Shown: positions 53,386 through 64,000 of the stretch, piece after piece | Layout: every line of letters starts with the position of its first letter | Numbering within the stretch: the stretch's first letter is position 1 | Source: Antedon mediterranea | Lineage: Eukaryota; Animalia; Echinodermata | Length of the DNA: 64,000 nucleotides | Direction: 5' to 3' | NCBI RefSeq assembly: GCF_964355755.1 | Contig: NC_092670.1 | Span: 20,074,795-20,138,794 of the forward strand | Program-made: the position numbers and the translations under genes | The notes under the pieces: model-generated | Told to the model about the DNA's origin: nothing | What the model saw: the letters and a program-made list of their open reading frames with translations, nothing else | Database searches by the model: none

Positions 53386-53409
53386 TAAAGCGAATGCACC
53401 TTTAGAAAG
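53340..53409 (+). other. Putative first non-coding exon of the RAI1/TCF20-like gene (5' end uncertain)
   Basis: Donor AAG|gtaaat at 53409/53410; candidate partner acceptor ttctttcag at 60406. Confidence 0.5.
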
Positions 53410-54584
53410 GTAAATTCATTATTTTCTTACAATAATTATATATTTTTTGCAATTGTATTAATGCTATATAAAGATAAAATATTTATAATTCTAGTGTTTG
53501 TATGATCGCGCGATCCAGCAGTGTGTTTTAGAAGGCCTTTTCTCTAGAAATAAAGACATGTTGGGTTTTTTCAGTGTGACTGCTGTGATACCGCACTGTT
53601 TGTGTTTTTACTTCTTAGAATTAGGCATTTATGAATTAAATGTTGAATATTGTACAGCTTATTGTAGATATTTACCTAAAATATTAATTATTATTAATGA
53701 ATTAATAACTTTTTATTTAATTATGCCACTTGAAAATAAAAGCTTGCGACCAATGTCAATTTTTTTTGTGCTCAAGATTTTGAACTTTGACATGACTTAA
53801 TTTGTTTTTTTTATTTACATGAATGAATGCTTGCTTGTCAATTTTCATATTTATTAGTTATTCGTCTCTCAACAACAGTGATGTGGTTGGCAGAAAATCA
53901 ATACATTATAAAATGTGTAAATAAAAAAATGGGAGAAAGATTGCTTTTTATATTATTATTAATTACCAAGTTCAATTCAATCATTGAATTCAATTTTTTT
54001 TTTCATTTTTAAGAAAATACATTTAATAACATTTTATATCACAAGAAAGGGATAAACTATAAATGATTACACATGTACACATATAAGTCACGTTACAAAA
54101 AATATCATGGCAAATATTATAATGTTGAAAAACATTTTAACATGTACAATATGGCTGAAACAATGTATAGCAACTTCCATGTTTTGACTCATGGACCTGC
54201 CAATTTAGGCATTTAAACATGATCAGATTTGTTTCTGTAATCATAATTATGAACTACACTTAAATTATGTAATAATCCAGGGGTTTATTATAATTAAATT
54301 TATTTGATAGGTTTATGCACCTTTTCTTATATTATTAAGGCCAACTCGGACATCACTGTACGACAAGGCCCGACAAAACTTCTTGACTTGTCGGTGCTGT
54401 CTAAGTTAAATCCCAACAAGATAGCGTCAGGCATAGTTTTCAGGTCGTTGGGAGAACTTTAAACATTTTAACTGATCAGACAACATCAGTAAAAAAAACT
54501 ATAAGATGATAATAAATTTGTAAGTTAGGCAACTTTATTAAATCAAACATCACTAACAATACATAATATAAAAATAACGCTTAA

Positions 54585-55602
54585 CACTTTGACTGCCAAA
54601 CACGAAGATCTTCGTTTTTGGAAACACAACGCTTGACTGCCAAACACGAAGATCTTCGTTTTTCGCGTTTTTTTACGAAATCCGGTAGATAGGTTAATTA
54701 TTGGTATATACTATAAATATGGACACTATATTCGGTCTGGACCGTGAATATTTTACTTTTTGAAAGTAACTAATCTTGTTACGAACGATTGTCGAAATGG
54801 TACCTGTCGAAATAACATACACCGCGCATCACAGTAGCGCGTACAGCGATGGTTTGGCGCATTGTGTATCGGTCGCGCGCTAGCTATGCCGCCGAAGCAT
54901 TACAAAGGTTTATGTGGATTGGCATGTTTGTTTGTTATCTGAATAAAAAATAATGGATGAATTTTCAATATGAAGTCTTTAATTGTATTATTGTATGTAT
55001 ACCCTAATTGTTTTGGTGTTTCACAAACTTGTTTAGAAATGGTATGAATATTATCATCAGTTTACTAGCTAGGCTAGTAGTACTAGGCTAGCCTATAGGC
55101 CTAGTCGTAAAACGGTTCAGGACCAACTTTAGGCCTAGTTAACTAGGCCTGGTGTCTTTACTATATGGATTTTGGCGAAACATTGATGTAAGATTTATGA
55201 TTTATAAAATGTAATACATTTTTTGATAGTGATAACTTGTTTTTATAGGCCTACCGGTGCCGTGTAAGTAACTTTTTCGTTGTTTGTTGATCTCACCGGG
55301 CGATATTTTCATATTGTGATGTCTTGCACAAAATCGCAAATATCTCGACTTTCTTGCGCGAAACTACGAAAAACTCAAAAAGTGGGTTACTTTCATTTTA
55401 CTATTACGATTTACATATTGCGATTTGAAAATCGTTCTTGGTACCATTGTAAAGCTAAAATCTTTATGATTATTTTAGTCTAAATTACATGTAAATCAGA
55501 TCACATACATAGTTTCAATCAGCTTTAATAAAAACATCGAATTGGGCTATAAACGCTGGCGGTGGCAGTTTCTAACTGGAAAAACCTCTGGCAGTCAAAG
55601 TG
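54585..55602. mobile_element. Non-autonomous piggyBac-like element (1018 bp)
   Basis: TTAA-CACTTTGACTGCCA...TGGCAGTCAAAGTG-TTAA; subterminal 31-bp direct repeat containing palindrome ACGAAGATCTTCGT. Confidence 0.85.
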
Positions 55603-55610
55603 TTAAAAAA

Positions 55611-55651
55611 GAACGACGTTTCGACTCCATCATGGGGTCATTATCAAGTCC
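55611..55651 (-). ncRNA. Minimal type I hammerhead ribozyme motif (U3-A8 variant), core intact
   Basis: GGAC UUGAUAA U GAC.CC AUGAU GG.GUC GAAAC GUC GUUC; stem I GGAC/GUUC, palindromic ACGU in place of stem III. Confidence 0.6.
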
Positions 55652-55725
55652 AATGAATAAAATATAAAACAACAACTAATTAAATAGCACAAGCCAATTA
55701 GTTGTTGTTTTATATTTTATTCATT

Positions 55726-55766
55726 GGACTTGATAATGACCCCATGATGGCGTCGAAACATCGTTC
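55726..55766 (+). ncRNA. Minimal hammerhead motif, second copy with altered cleavage triplet
   Basis: Same motif but GAAAC AUC instead of GAAAC GUC. Confidence 0.45.
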
Positions 55767-57796
55767 TGTTTTAAGCATTATTTTTATATTATGTATTTAC
55801 AATAAACGTACCCTCATCACTAACAATCTACCATCAAATAACGAATAATTAATACTTTTTTTTTATTATCTTTTATTGGTTTCTCCCATCTTTATCATCA
55901 ATTTAGTGTAGCCATGTAAAAGTATAGATGCATTTATGGCAAAATATATAGTAAAGTGATTTACAATAATTCATCATATAGATAATTAATACTTTTGCTG
56001 CCAGTGCTAGTATTTTATATGATGCTTTTTAAGCATTATAACCTTGAAGATAATTCTTTATTAAAAGAGATTGCATATCCAGTTGAAAGAAATAATGAAT
56101 GAAAAGAGCAGCCCGTAGATAAAGATCCAATGGCCAAGGTAAAAAATTCAGCAAAATGCAGAACTGTTTAGATTGTCCCTAAATTAAGATGAAAAACAGA
56201 TGTCTCTGTCATTGGCCAGTTATACAATAGTACTCTCTGATATTTAATGAAAAAAAGAAGGTATTTAGCTCTGCAATACACAATATAGAAAGGTAGATTG
56301 TTTATCATACATACCATAAATTAATTAAACAATTAAAGAAACATGAGCACATTTATGATAGCAAAGATACAGGTATTACTAATAATAAACGGTGAATTGA
56401 ATAAACTCTCATAAGTATCTTTTATAGTATTACAGAATATGGAGGTTTGATGTGACATGTTTGGTGTAGGTAGGAAGGGAGGGGAGGGGTTAGATTGTAG
56501 AATAGGGGTTTCAGAATACGGAAGATGCAAATGGTAAAAAATCACATATTATAAAATCACTGCAAAAGTAAAAAACTGAAGCCACTGCTGGCATATGTTG
56601 TTTGTAGTTAGCAAGTACAATATTCATGTGTATGCTGTGATAGTTAATTGATGATTTACTTGTACAAAAGAAGGCAATGCTACGTGAATGTAAAGTGTTA
56701 CACTATGATATTCTGTTATTCTTTAATCCGTAGATATAGTTGATTTCAAATTTCTGAAGGCCTGGAAACGAGGCCATTTTGCCATACCTCAACTAAATTC
56801 TATAGATTTTTTCAAGCGTTGCAAAAAGCTGTCTGTGTATAAAAGTTCAAATAATATCTTTAGCTATTTTGACAGGCTTAAAGTGTACTGCACACAACAC
56901 TTCCCATAATGTCAATGCATAACTTAATACATTGAAAATGTAAGGCAAACATAGGGGATCGACTTAAACTTGAGAATTTCTTCATTTACAGTAGCTGAAA
57001 TTACTTTCAATGTTGAATTACTTTTTAATCATTTAAAAAAATATTATATAAATTTAAAGAACACATCAATATTGAATTTTAACCCAATTTTTACTGTAGG
57101 AAAATATTTAAGGCCCAATGTGGGTGGAAACATCTTTTATAATAGATGGTATAGTAGACAGCAGTTGAATGCATCTTCCCAGTCAAGGTCAAAGGTGAAC
57201 AATATGCTGACATTTGCCTAGGCTGTGTGACCCCACCCATCTCCAACAAACTACTGGAAATTCATCCATTAGCTTTTTGTTTTGAATTAATAATGGCCCT
57301 CTAGAAAAAAAAAACATCTGCATTTTTATTATGATATAATTGACAATATCCTGTCAGCCGTTCAACAACAGGCAAATGTAATTATTTTGTAGTTTTAATA
57401 TAAAAAAGGCGGGAAATTTCAAATTGATTATAAAATAATTTTTTGAATAATAACAATTATAATTATAAGATTCTGATAAATTACAGTACAGAAAAGTAAG
57501 CGTTATTAAAAAAAATATTTGGTCTTGTAATGGTAATCTGTAAACTTGTTATATATTTTAAATAAATATTGATTTTAATATTAGTTTAAAAATTAAATAT
57601 TAGATAGTTTAATCAAATGTATTACCTCCTCAGTACTCCACTTTCATTATTGTGTATATATAATGTTTATTATTGGTTGGTCTTGTTTTTTTTTTTCGGT
57701 TTTTGTCAAATTTATCAATTGTATTTAGATTTAATGTTTCATGGTTTTTCACAAGCGCCTTGAGCATTTTTGTGGATATGTGCGCTGTATAAATCT

Positions 57797-57848
57797 TATT
57801 AGGTTATATGCATGATATGCATATAACCTCTTGATTCTGTCAGAATCT

Positions 57849-57891
<43 letters not shown>

Positions 57892-59293
57892 TTCTTTCCT
57901 TAGCACTATTTGTCCGTCAATTATCTTGGCATCGGTTTTATCTATCTAAGTCAATTTTTCAGAGTATATTCCTTATGGCCAGGAATCGATGTGGTTATGT
58001 TTTCACGGTGCGCAATCAAAAATTACGCGGTCTACGCGCGATTTAACGAAATCACGTTTGTAATCATATCTTCACAAACATGAATCACTTTTAAACAAAA
58101 TTTGGTACTCATAAATTTCAGGTCATATTTCATCATATGGCAATACAATTACGTGCGTAGCGCATATAACGCATGCGTACGCGCGCTTAAAATGTTGAAA
58201 ATTGTCAGAATTTATTTTCGATGAAATTAGAGTACGTTTCAGGCAATTTTAAGCGTTTAAAAAATTGCCATGAGTGCGCAGATTTTTGCACGCGCACTGC
58301 GCGTCAAACGTTAATGCGCACTGTTTGTGTCTGATTACTGTTGTATAACCTTTCTTTAATAATATCATCATATTTTATTCACTTTTCAACGCGAAACAGC
58401 GTTATACGAGCACGTCAAAAGTGACGGGCTACGCACGTGTAAGTTAACAAAATGGTGAAAATATGCTAAATTTTAAAATTAATATATATCGTTAGAATGC
58501 TCGGGAACACCTATTTTTTATTTAATTTTCTTGAAGTGTATGTATCATATGTATGATTTATTATGAAATTAGAAGAACAAAAGTTGATTAAGTCATCATT
58601 AATGGCATATTAAATTCAACAAAATTAATTTCGACAATCAAACAAATTATAACATTTTCTTAGGCCAAAATAACAAACTTAACGTTAACTTTCTTCCTTA
58701 AGAAGTTCATATATTAAAGTTAAAAGTATATAGTTTGACAGTGCATCATTTTTTTAAATTTTTAAAGATGTCATCATAGTAAAACATTATAATTCATTGC
58801 GGTATGTAATAATCTATCTGCACCAAAGTGGTTACTTCATAGTAAATACACGGAGGAATTTTTCTCCAAGTTTTAGTCAGTTGTGTATGGCTCGATGGTC
58901 TGTGCTCGTGTCAATGGCATTCAAGGTACCGAGTTCGAGTCTCACCTTGGGAAACGAAATAAGATTTTTTTTTTATTATCCGTATTGTTCAAATTTATTT
59001 CTTAGTGTATAGATTATACACATGATTTATAATGAAATCTAGATAAAAAGTTACTTTATGTCTTTTTTATTATGTAACAACAAATGCGGTTTATGACATT
59101 ATACGCAGAGGGATCTTTGATCGGATTGTGATACCGGCTATGGTGTTCGCGTTAGCAATGTCCTATCATATATTATAAATAATTAAAGATTCTGAGAAAA
59201 TCAATCAATCAATATATCTTTTAAAAATCAATTATCTTTATTTAAATCAATGCATATAACCTATAATTCGTCATAGTGACGAATTAAATCTAG
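57797..59293 (+). mobile_element. Non-autonomous Helentron (HINE/DINE-1-like)
   Basis: 5' subTIR AGGTTATATGCA (57801) with adjacent inverted copy (57818), (TTTA)n at about 57848-57893, 3' subTIR TGCATATAACCT (59251), 3' hairpin TAATTCGTCA-TAG-TGACGAATTA, terminal CTAG in a TT context. Confidence 0.75.
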
Positions 59294-60446
59294 TTATTAT
59301 TATTATTATTATTAAAATATATAAATTAAGACTCAAGATAAGTACTGTACATACTGTAAATATGATAATTATAGATTTTTCTTTCTATAGTATTTCTGTT
59401 CATGGTATTAATTATAATCATAAATAAATTTAGATTGACATGAGATAAATGTACGGTTACTGTGTAATATGGTTAAGAATTAAAATACCTAGTACAGAAA
59501 AAATCCAGTCATATTTTGTATAGTAGCGAATAAACACTGTACAAACATAGATTACATTTCAAAGATTACTATTGCAATTCCAAGATTTCTGTTCTGTTTT
59601 ACAAAGTTTATGCTTTTTCAATCGCAGCATTTTCATACATTTGCATCTGATTTACGTAATTACACTACCTGTTAGCCATGCATTTTGAATACTAACTGCT
59701 CTACAAAATGCAATATTATTAATCACAATGGTCATGCTTCACTGCCTTTACAACGTAGGCATTAATCATAAATATTGTTGTAGCGATTACTCATCATTCC
59801 TTGTGTTGGTTCATTGAGTTCAGTCGTGTTTGACCCTATAGCCATGTTATTTACTAGCGGAGACCAGATAGTAATACTATTATAAAATGGATTTCTACAC
59901 TAATGAGTTGATATGGCTTTATTAATCCATTGAAATGCATGGATCCATTAAAAGTAATAAAGAGACATTTTTATTAAATTTAAAATACATTAAAATCACG
60001 ACTATCGGTCTACAGTAGCAATAATTATTTTACAGAAAACATGTTAAACAGAAAAAAATAATGTGGTATGACTTGTGACTCTTTTTTTTAAATCGACTGA
60101 AAGAAACATCATTTTAAATAATATTGAAGCATTGTATGATTTCCTTTTCATTAAAATTTATTTTTCTCATTAATATAAAAAACAAACAAAAATCCAATAC
60201 ATATAAAAAGAGATAGGAAACCTAAAAGTAAACCACTAAGCTACAGTGTTCTTTTTACTTCCTACAGTATACATGCTTTTAACTATATAACACACACACA
60301 TTATTTATTTATTTATTATACTGTATTTAGAATTGCTAATTTGATATGTAGCAGAAATAGTATATTTACCACACGTCATAAAATACATGAATTTTTGTTC
60401 TTTCAGGTCAATCTACTAGTTTTACTTTTGATATGTTCATGGAAAG

Positions 60447-63400
60447 ATGTATAGTCAAGGAAACCAGAAATTCCAATTCCAGCCAACGGCTCAACAAAGC
60501 ACCTTTGAGACATCAAACAAAGTTGGTCTTGATAACAGCCAATCTATGTTGTCACTGTTAAATGAGGATGAGTTCTCACAACAGCAGCAGCAACAGCAAC
60601 AACAAGTTAACTGTCAACCATTGAGTTATTACAGTAACCAGATCTCAGTTAATAACTATGGTTCACTGCCTACGCAAGTACAACGGAACTACATGCAGTA
60701 CGCGCAGCAATCACAAGCAATCGGGCCAAGCCCGTACAACACGACTAACACTAATTATCAAATGCAGCAAGGATACCAGAGGTCGGACTCGTACCAAACT
60801 GCGTACGCTAACCAACATGCAACTAGTTATTACCCTAATGCACAAATGACTAATCCATACCAGAGTTACAACAATACACAAGGTTATCCAATTCAAGGAA
60901 GGTCGCCAGCTAGCTCACCAAGCATGTTGCCTACAGTTACTGCAGTTGGACCTAAGTATCCTCAGATCCCACAAAACTCTGTATCTCCTGTAATGGGACA
61001 AGGTTCGACGATGTACAGTCCTGGAAACACACCGGTAAATAACCGGTCCCAATTCCAATTTCCTACCTCACCAGTTCACCACCCAACACGTCCGTCTCCA
61101 ATTCAGTCCCCTAGTGCTCCTAAAAGATCTCCCGCTGCCATGGCGTGTCCAAGTCCGATACAATCGCACTCACCAGCACCGGTAGCATCCACTAATTCAG
61201 CAAGCCCTCTACCAGTTAGAAGCCCTCAGAATAACTCACCATCCTTTAATAAAAACCGACCTCATGCAAAGCAGAAACAAGAGATGGTTGATTTGTCAAG
61301 TATGTCTAAAATGTATCAACCACCGACAAGGACAGTTGATTCTGATAAAAAGCATAAGTATTCTTCACCGAAAAGAGGTGGACCAATTCCAAAAATGGAA
61401 GAAATGGTTGCTTTTATTGGTGAACCCATCATGAAAGAGGTACTTACCTCCGAAAAAGATGGAAAGGCCATGTCATTTGATACTGCAACTGGAGATAAAT
61501 TACCAAATGGTAAATGCGATGGTGCAGAAAATGGCACCTCTTTAAATGGCTCCTTAAATGAACATAAAAGTGACAATGACAAAAACGTTTTAAAGAATAC
61601 TGATGTAATTGATGGTATTTACGAAAATGGTGAGGATTCTAAAAATGAATCTGAACAAGCCATAAAACCTGTAGTCAATGAGAAAAAGGAAATAATTAAT
61701 GAAAACAAACAGTTGGAAGAGAAAAATCTGGAAGTAAATGAATCAACAAAAACTAACAATAGAAAAAGAAAAGCAGCGAATCAACCTTCTGAAGTACCAA
61801 CTAATGAAAAACCTAAAGAAAAAACAAAAAGGACTAAACAAAGGAGTGGTGCTAAGGCTAGTGCAACAGAAAATAGTCCCACTGATCCAAAACCAAAAAG
61901 TAGGAGGAGTAGAAATAAAAGTGGAAAGTCAAAGGACAATTCTAAAAATGGAAATAAATCATTTGAAAATGGTGTCGGTTTAGAAGAAGACGACAACCAT
62001 ACCTTTTCGGATGAAGATGATATTGATCTCCATCATTCTGTTAATCGACCAATTAAAACCTATTCCAAGAAAAATTATTCCAAAGATAAAGATGAGATGG
62101 ACCATTCAAAAGACTCTAAGAGTGATTTCGATGAAATTATGAAAACAGTCCAAACAAAGGATATTGTCCAAAAAAGGGATGTGTCCAAAACTGAGGATAG
62201 TTTCGAAACAAAAGATAGTCCCCGGAACAAGGATGTTGCCCAAACAACAAATATTTCCCCAAAAATGGATGTTTCCCAAGCAATATCAAAAGATATTCAC
62301 CAAACAATGAATGTTTCCCGAACAAGGGATGTTCACCAAACAATGAATGTTGTTAGTGAGATAGAAAAAACAAGGGACACAGTTAAAAACAGCGTAGAAC
62401 TAAATCAAAATGTTGAGAAAAATGTACAAAGTGAGTCTTTGAAAGTAAGTGATATTAGATGTAAAGAGGTAGAGGTTGTTGTAAAAAAAGTTGATACAAA
62501 TGTTGACAGAATTGATGAAAAAAAATATCCATCCATTATGGAATGTTTGAAGACGCCTACAGAAACTCTGGAAATAAAAAATCCAATGTTAGCGCCGTCA
62601 TTAAAACGGCAAATAGCAGATGGGGATAGTCACGATACTTGCGAAAGTGATCAAACAACGCCCTCATTTCGTAAACGCGGACGACCGTTTGGAAGCAAAA
62701 ATAAACAAAAGCGGCTTACAAAGAAAGAAAAAGCGTTGCTTGAAAGTGAAGGGTTAAATAAGGAAGCAATTGCAAAAAAGGTCAGTATAAAACCAACTTC
62801 ATTGAACCAAAAGCTAGCAATGCCTTTACCTCAGACTGTCAGTCAAAAACCAGTTGGACCAGTGTTGCGTATGGTTGGTGCACCAGATAAACCTGTATCA
62901 TCTCTTATTGTTAACCAACCAAATGCAGTTGATACAACACTAACAAAGAAAGCAAAACATGTTGATCTATCAAAAAGAATTCATAGGCCGACATCAGGTG
63001 CTGCCGTTGGTTCAACTTATTGCGATGCTGGACGGCCCTGGTTATGTGCACTTTGTGGAAAACCGGCTAATGTGAGTGGTTTGGGGGATCTGTATGGTCC
63101 TTATTACCCTGAAGGATTTAAACCACCAAAACGTTGCGCACAGGAGGAACAAAATAAATCTAATTCTGGAAAACAAACATCAAAAGCAAAGATTTCTAAA
63201 GTTAGTTCTAAAAGTTCAAATTCTAAAAACTCTCAAAGGAGAAAAAGTTCAACTGATAAAGACCCTGAAACAACACCGGAACAAACTAGTAAAAATAATT
63301 CAAAATCCAAAACTTTACCATTGTCAAAATTAAAAACATCCAAGTCTGTTAAACCGCCATCAAAGAACGCATCAACACCAAGTAGTTCAGGTAATAGAAG

Positions 63401-63545
63401 GACAAGTTCGACAGACACAGAAAGTTCAAGTATTCTGGATGAGATATGGGTTCATGAAGAGTGTGCTGTGTGGGCGCAAGGTGTTTACCTGGTTGGAGGG
63501 AATATTTATGGTCTACATGAGGCAGTGAAAGCAGCCTGTCAAATG
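60447..63545 (+). CDS. RAI1/TCF20-like chromatin-binding transcription cofactor, giant first coding exon (1033 codons); gene continues past the window
   Basis: Q9 tract (60579-60605), S/P/Q-rich N-terminus, AT-hook [12 protein letters not shown] (62670), split extended [22 protein letters not shown]...[29 protein letters not shown]. Acceptor at 60406; donor ATG|gtatgt at 63545, at the position where I recall the RAI1/TCF20 giant exon ending. Confidence 0.9.
62151..62354 (+). repeat. Coding 18-nt (6-aa) degenerate tandem repeat, about 11 units
   Basis: [42 protein letters not shown] ... [18 protein letters not shown]. Confidence 0.7.
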
Positions 63546-63946
63546 GTATGTTTATTATGTAGCCACAAAAAAAACCTAAATCTCTGCATGTCTGTCTGTG
63601 GGTTTATTCTTGCTATTTGTAGTAATTTCAGTGAAATTTATTTAGTTCAAAGCTTTAGCAAATCTCAAAACTTTACTTTAAGTACATATAATATTGACAT
63701 TTACCATATTATTAATATATTATGTATAAAAAGTTTGGTCATTTTTACAATGATTGTGCCATTCTAAACACTAATTGGATACCAAAAATTGCTAAATTCA
63801 TTGCCAATGGTTAGAAATTCTTAAAATATTTCACAATCCAAGAATCTTCAGTCCAAATTACATTTTTGCTAGAAGAAGTCACTTTTCCAAAAAACCTAAA
63901 CAAATATTTGTACATATATATTCAATTGGTTTTATTTGTTTCTGTT

Positions 63947-64000
63947 GGAGTTGGATAGCCGAGTGGTTAGGACACTTGACTGTCATACAGATAGACCCGG
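63947..64000 (+). mobile_element. tRNA-derived SINE-like head, cut by the window end
   Basis: A-box TAGCCGAGTGG at 63956; poorly paired anticodon arm; more degenerate heads near 46280 (+) and 23320 (-). Confidence 0.45.

Larger units (their letters stand above)
54561..55814. mobile_element. Penelope-like inverted pseudo-LTR hairpin, interrupted by a piggyBac-like element
   Basis: About 100-bp inverted arms, a short unique tail, and flanking 13-bp direct repeat CATCACTAACAAT (54548-54560 and 55815-55827). Confidence 0.7.

Noticed and set aside
157-63418. Remaining 60-106 aa ORFs in the track as independent genes
   Set aside because: Many start at TTG/GTG, are F/I/L/K-rich as expected from AT-rich introns, or are antisense or shifted frames of the real exons.
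63546-63767. C-terminal 73 aa of the 1106-aa ORF
   Set aside because: Read-through into an intron after the donor ATG|gtatgt; composition turns intronic and the rest of the PHD is missing.
63947-64000. Functional tRNA-Asp gene
   Set aside because: The anticodon stem does not pair properly and the sequence is truncated; a SINE head is more likely.

Overview
AT-rich, intron-rich eukaryotic DNA, probably from an invertebrate animal (species not determinable here); it is not prokaryotic. Two genes lie head-to-head around a putative bidirectional promoter near 53.2-53.4 kb. (1) Minus strand: a complete TRAF7 orthologue (RING, TRAF-type zinc fingers, coiled coil, 7 WD40 repeats). I assembled it by hand from 18 phase-consistent GT-AG coding exons (34014 down to 382; 2007 nt, 668 aa), plus putative non-coding exons at about 46.0 and 53.2 kb. 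(2) Plus strand: a RAI1/TCF20-like gene whose giant first coding exon (60447-63545) has polyQ, an AT-hook and the start of an extended PHD; it continues past the window. The introns hold many non-autonomous transposons (MITE families; Ginger-, Kolobok-, piggyBac- and Helentron-like elements; Penelope remnants), a 1.2 kb minisatellite and local duplications. I found no novel multi-gene system. The best leads are a Penelope-type hairpin with two minimal hammerhead ribozyme motifs, a duplicated 42-nt coiled-coil exon, alternative TRAF7 first exons, and an AP-1/CRE-rich nested MITE next to the shared promoter. All coordinates and counts were read by eye; no searches were run.
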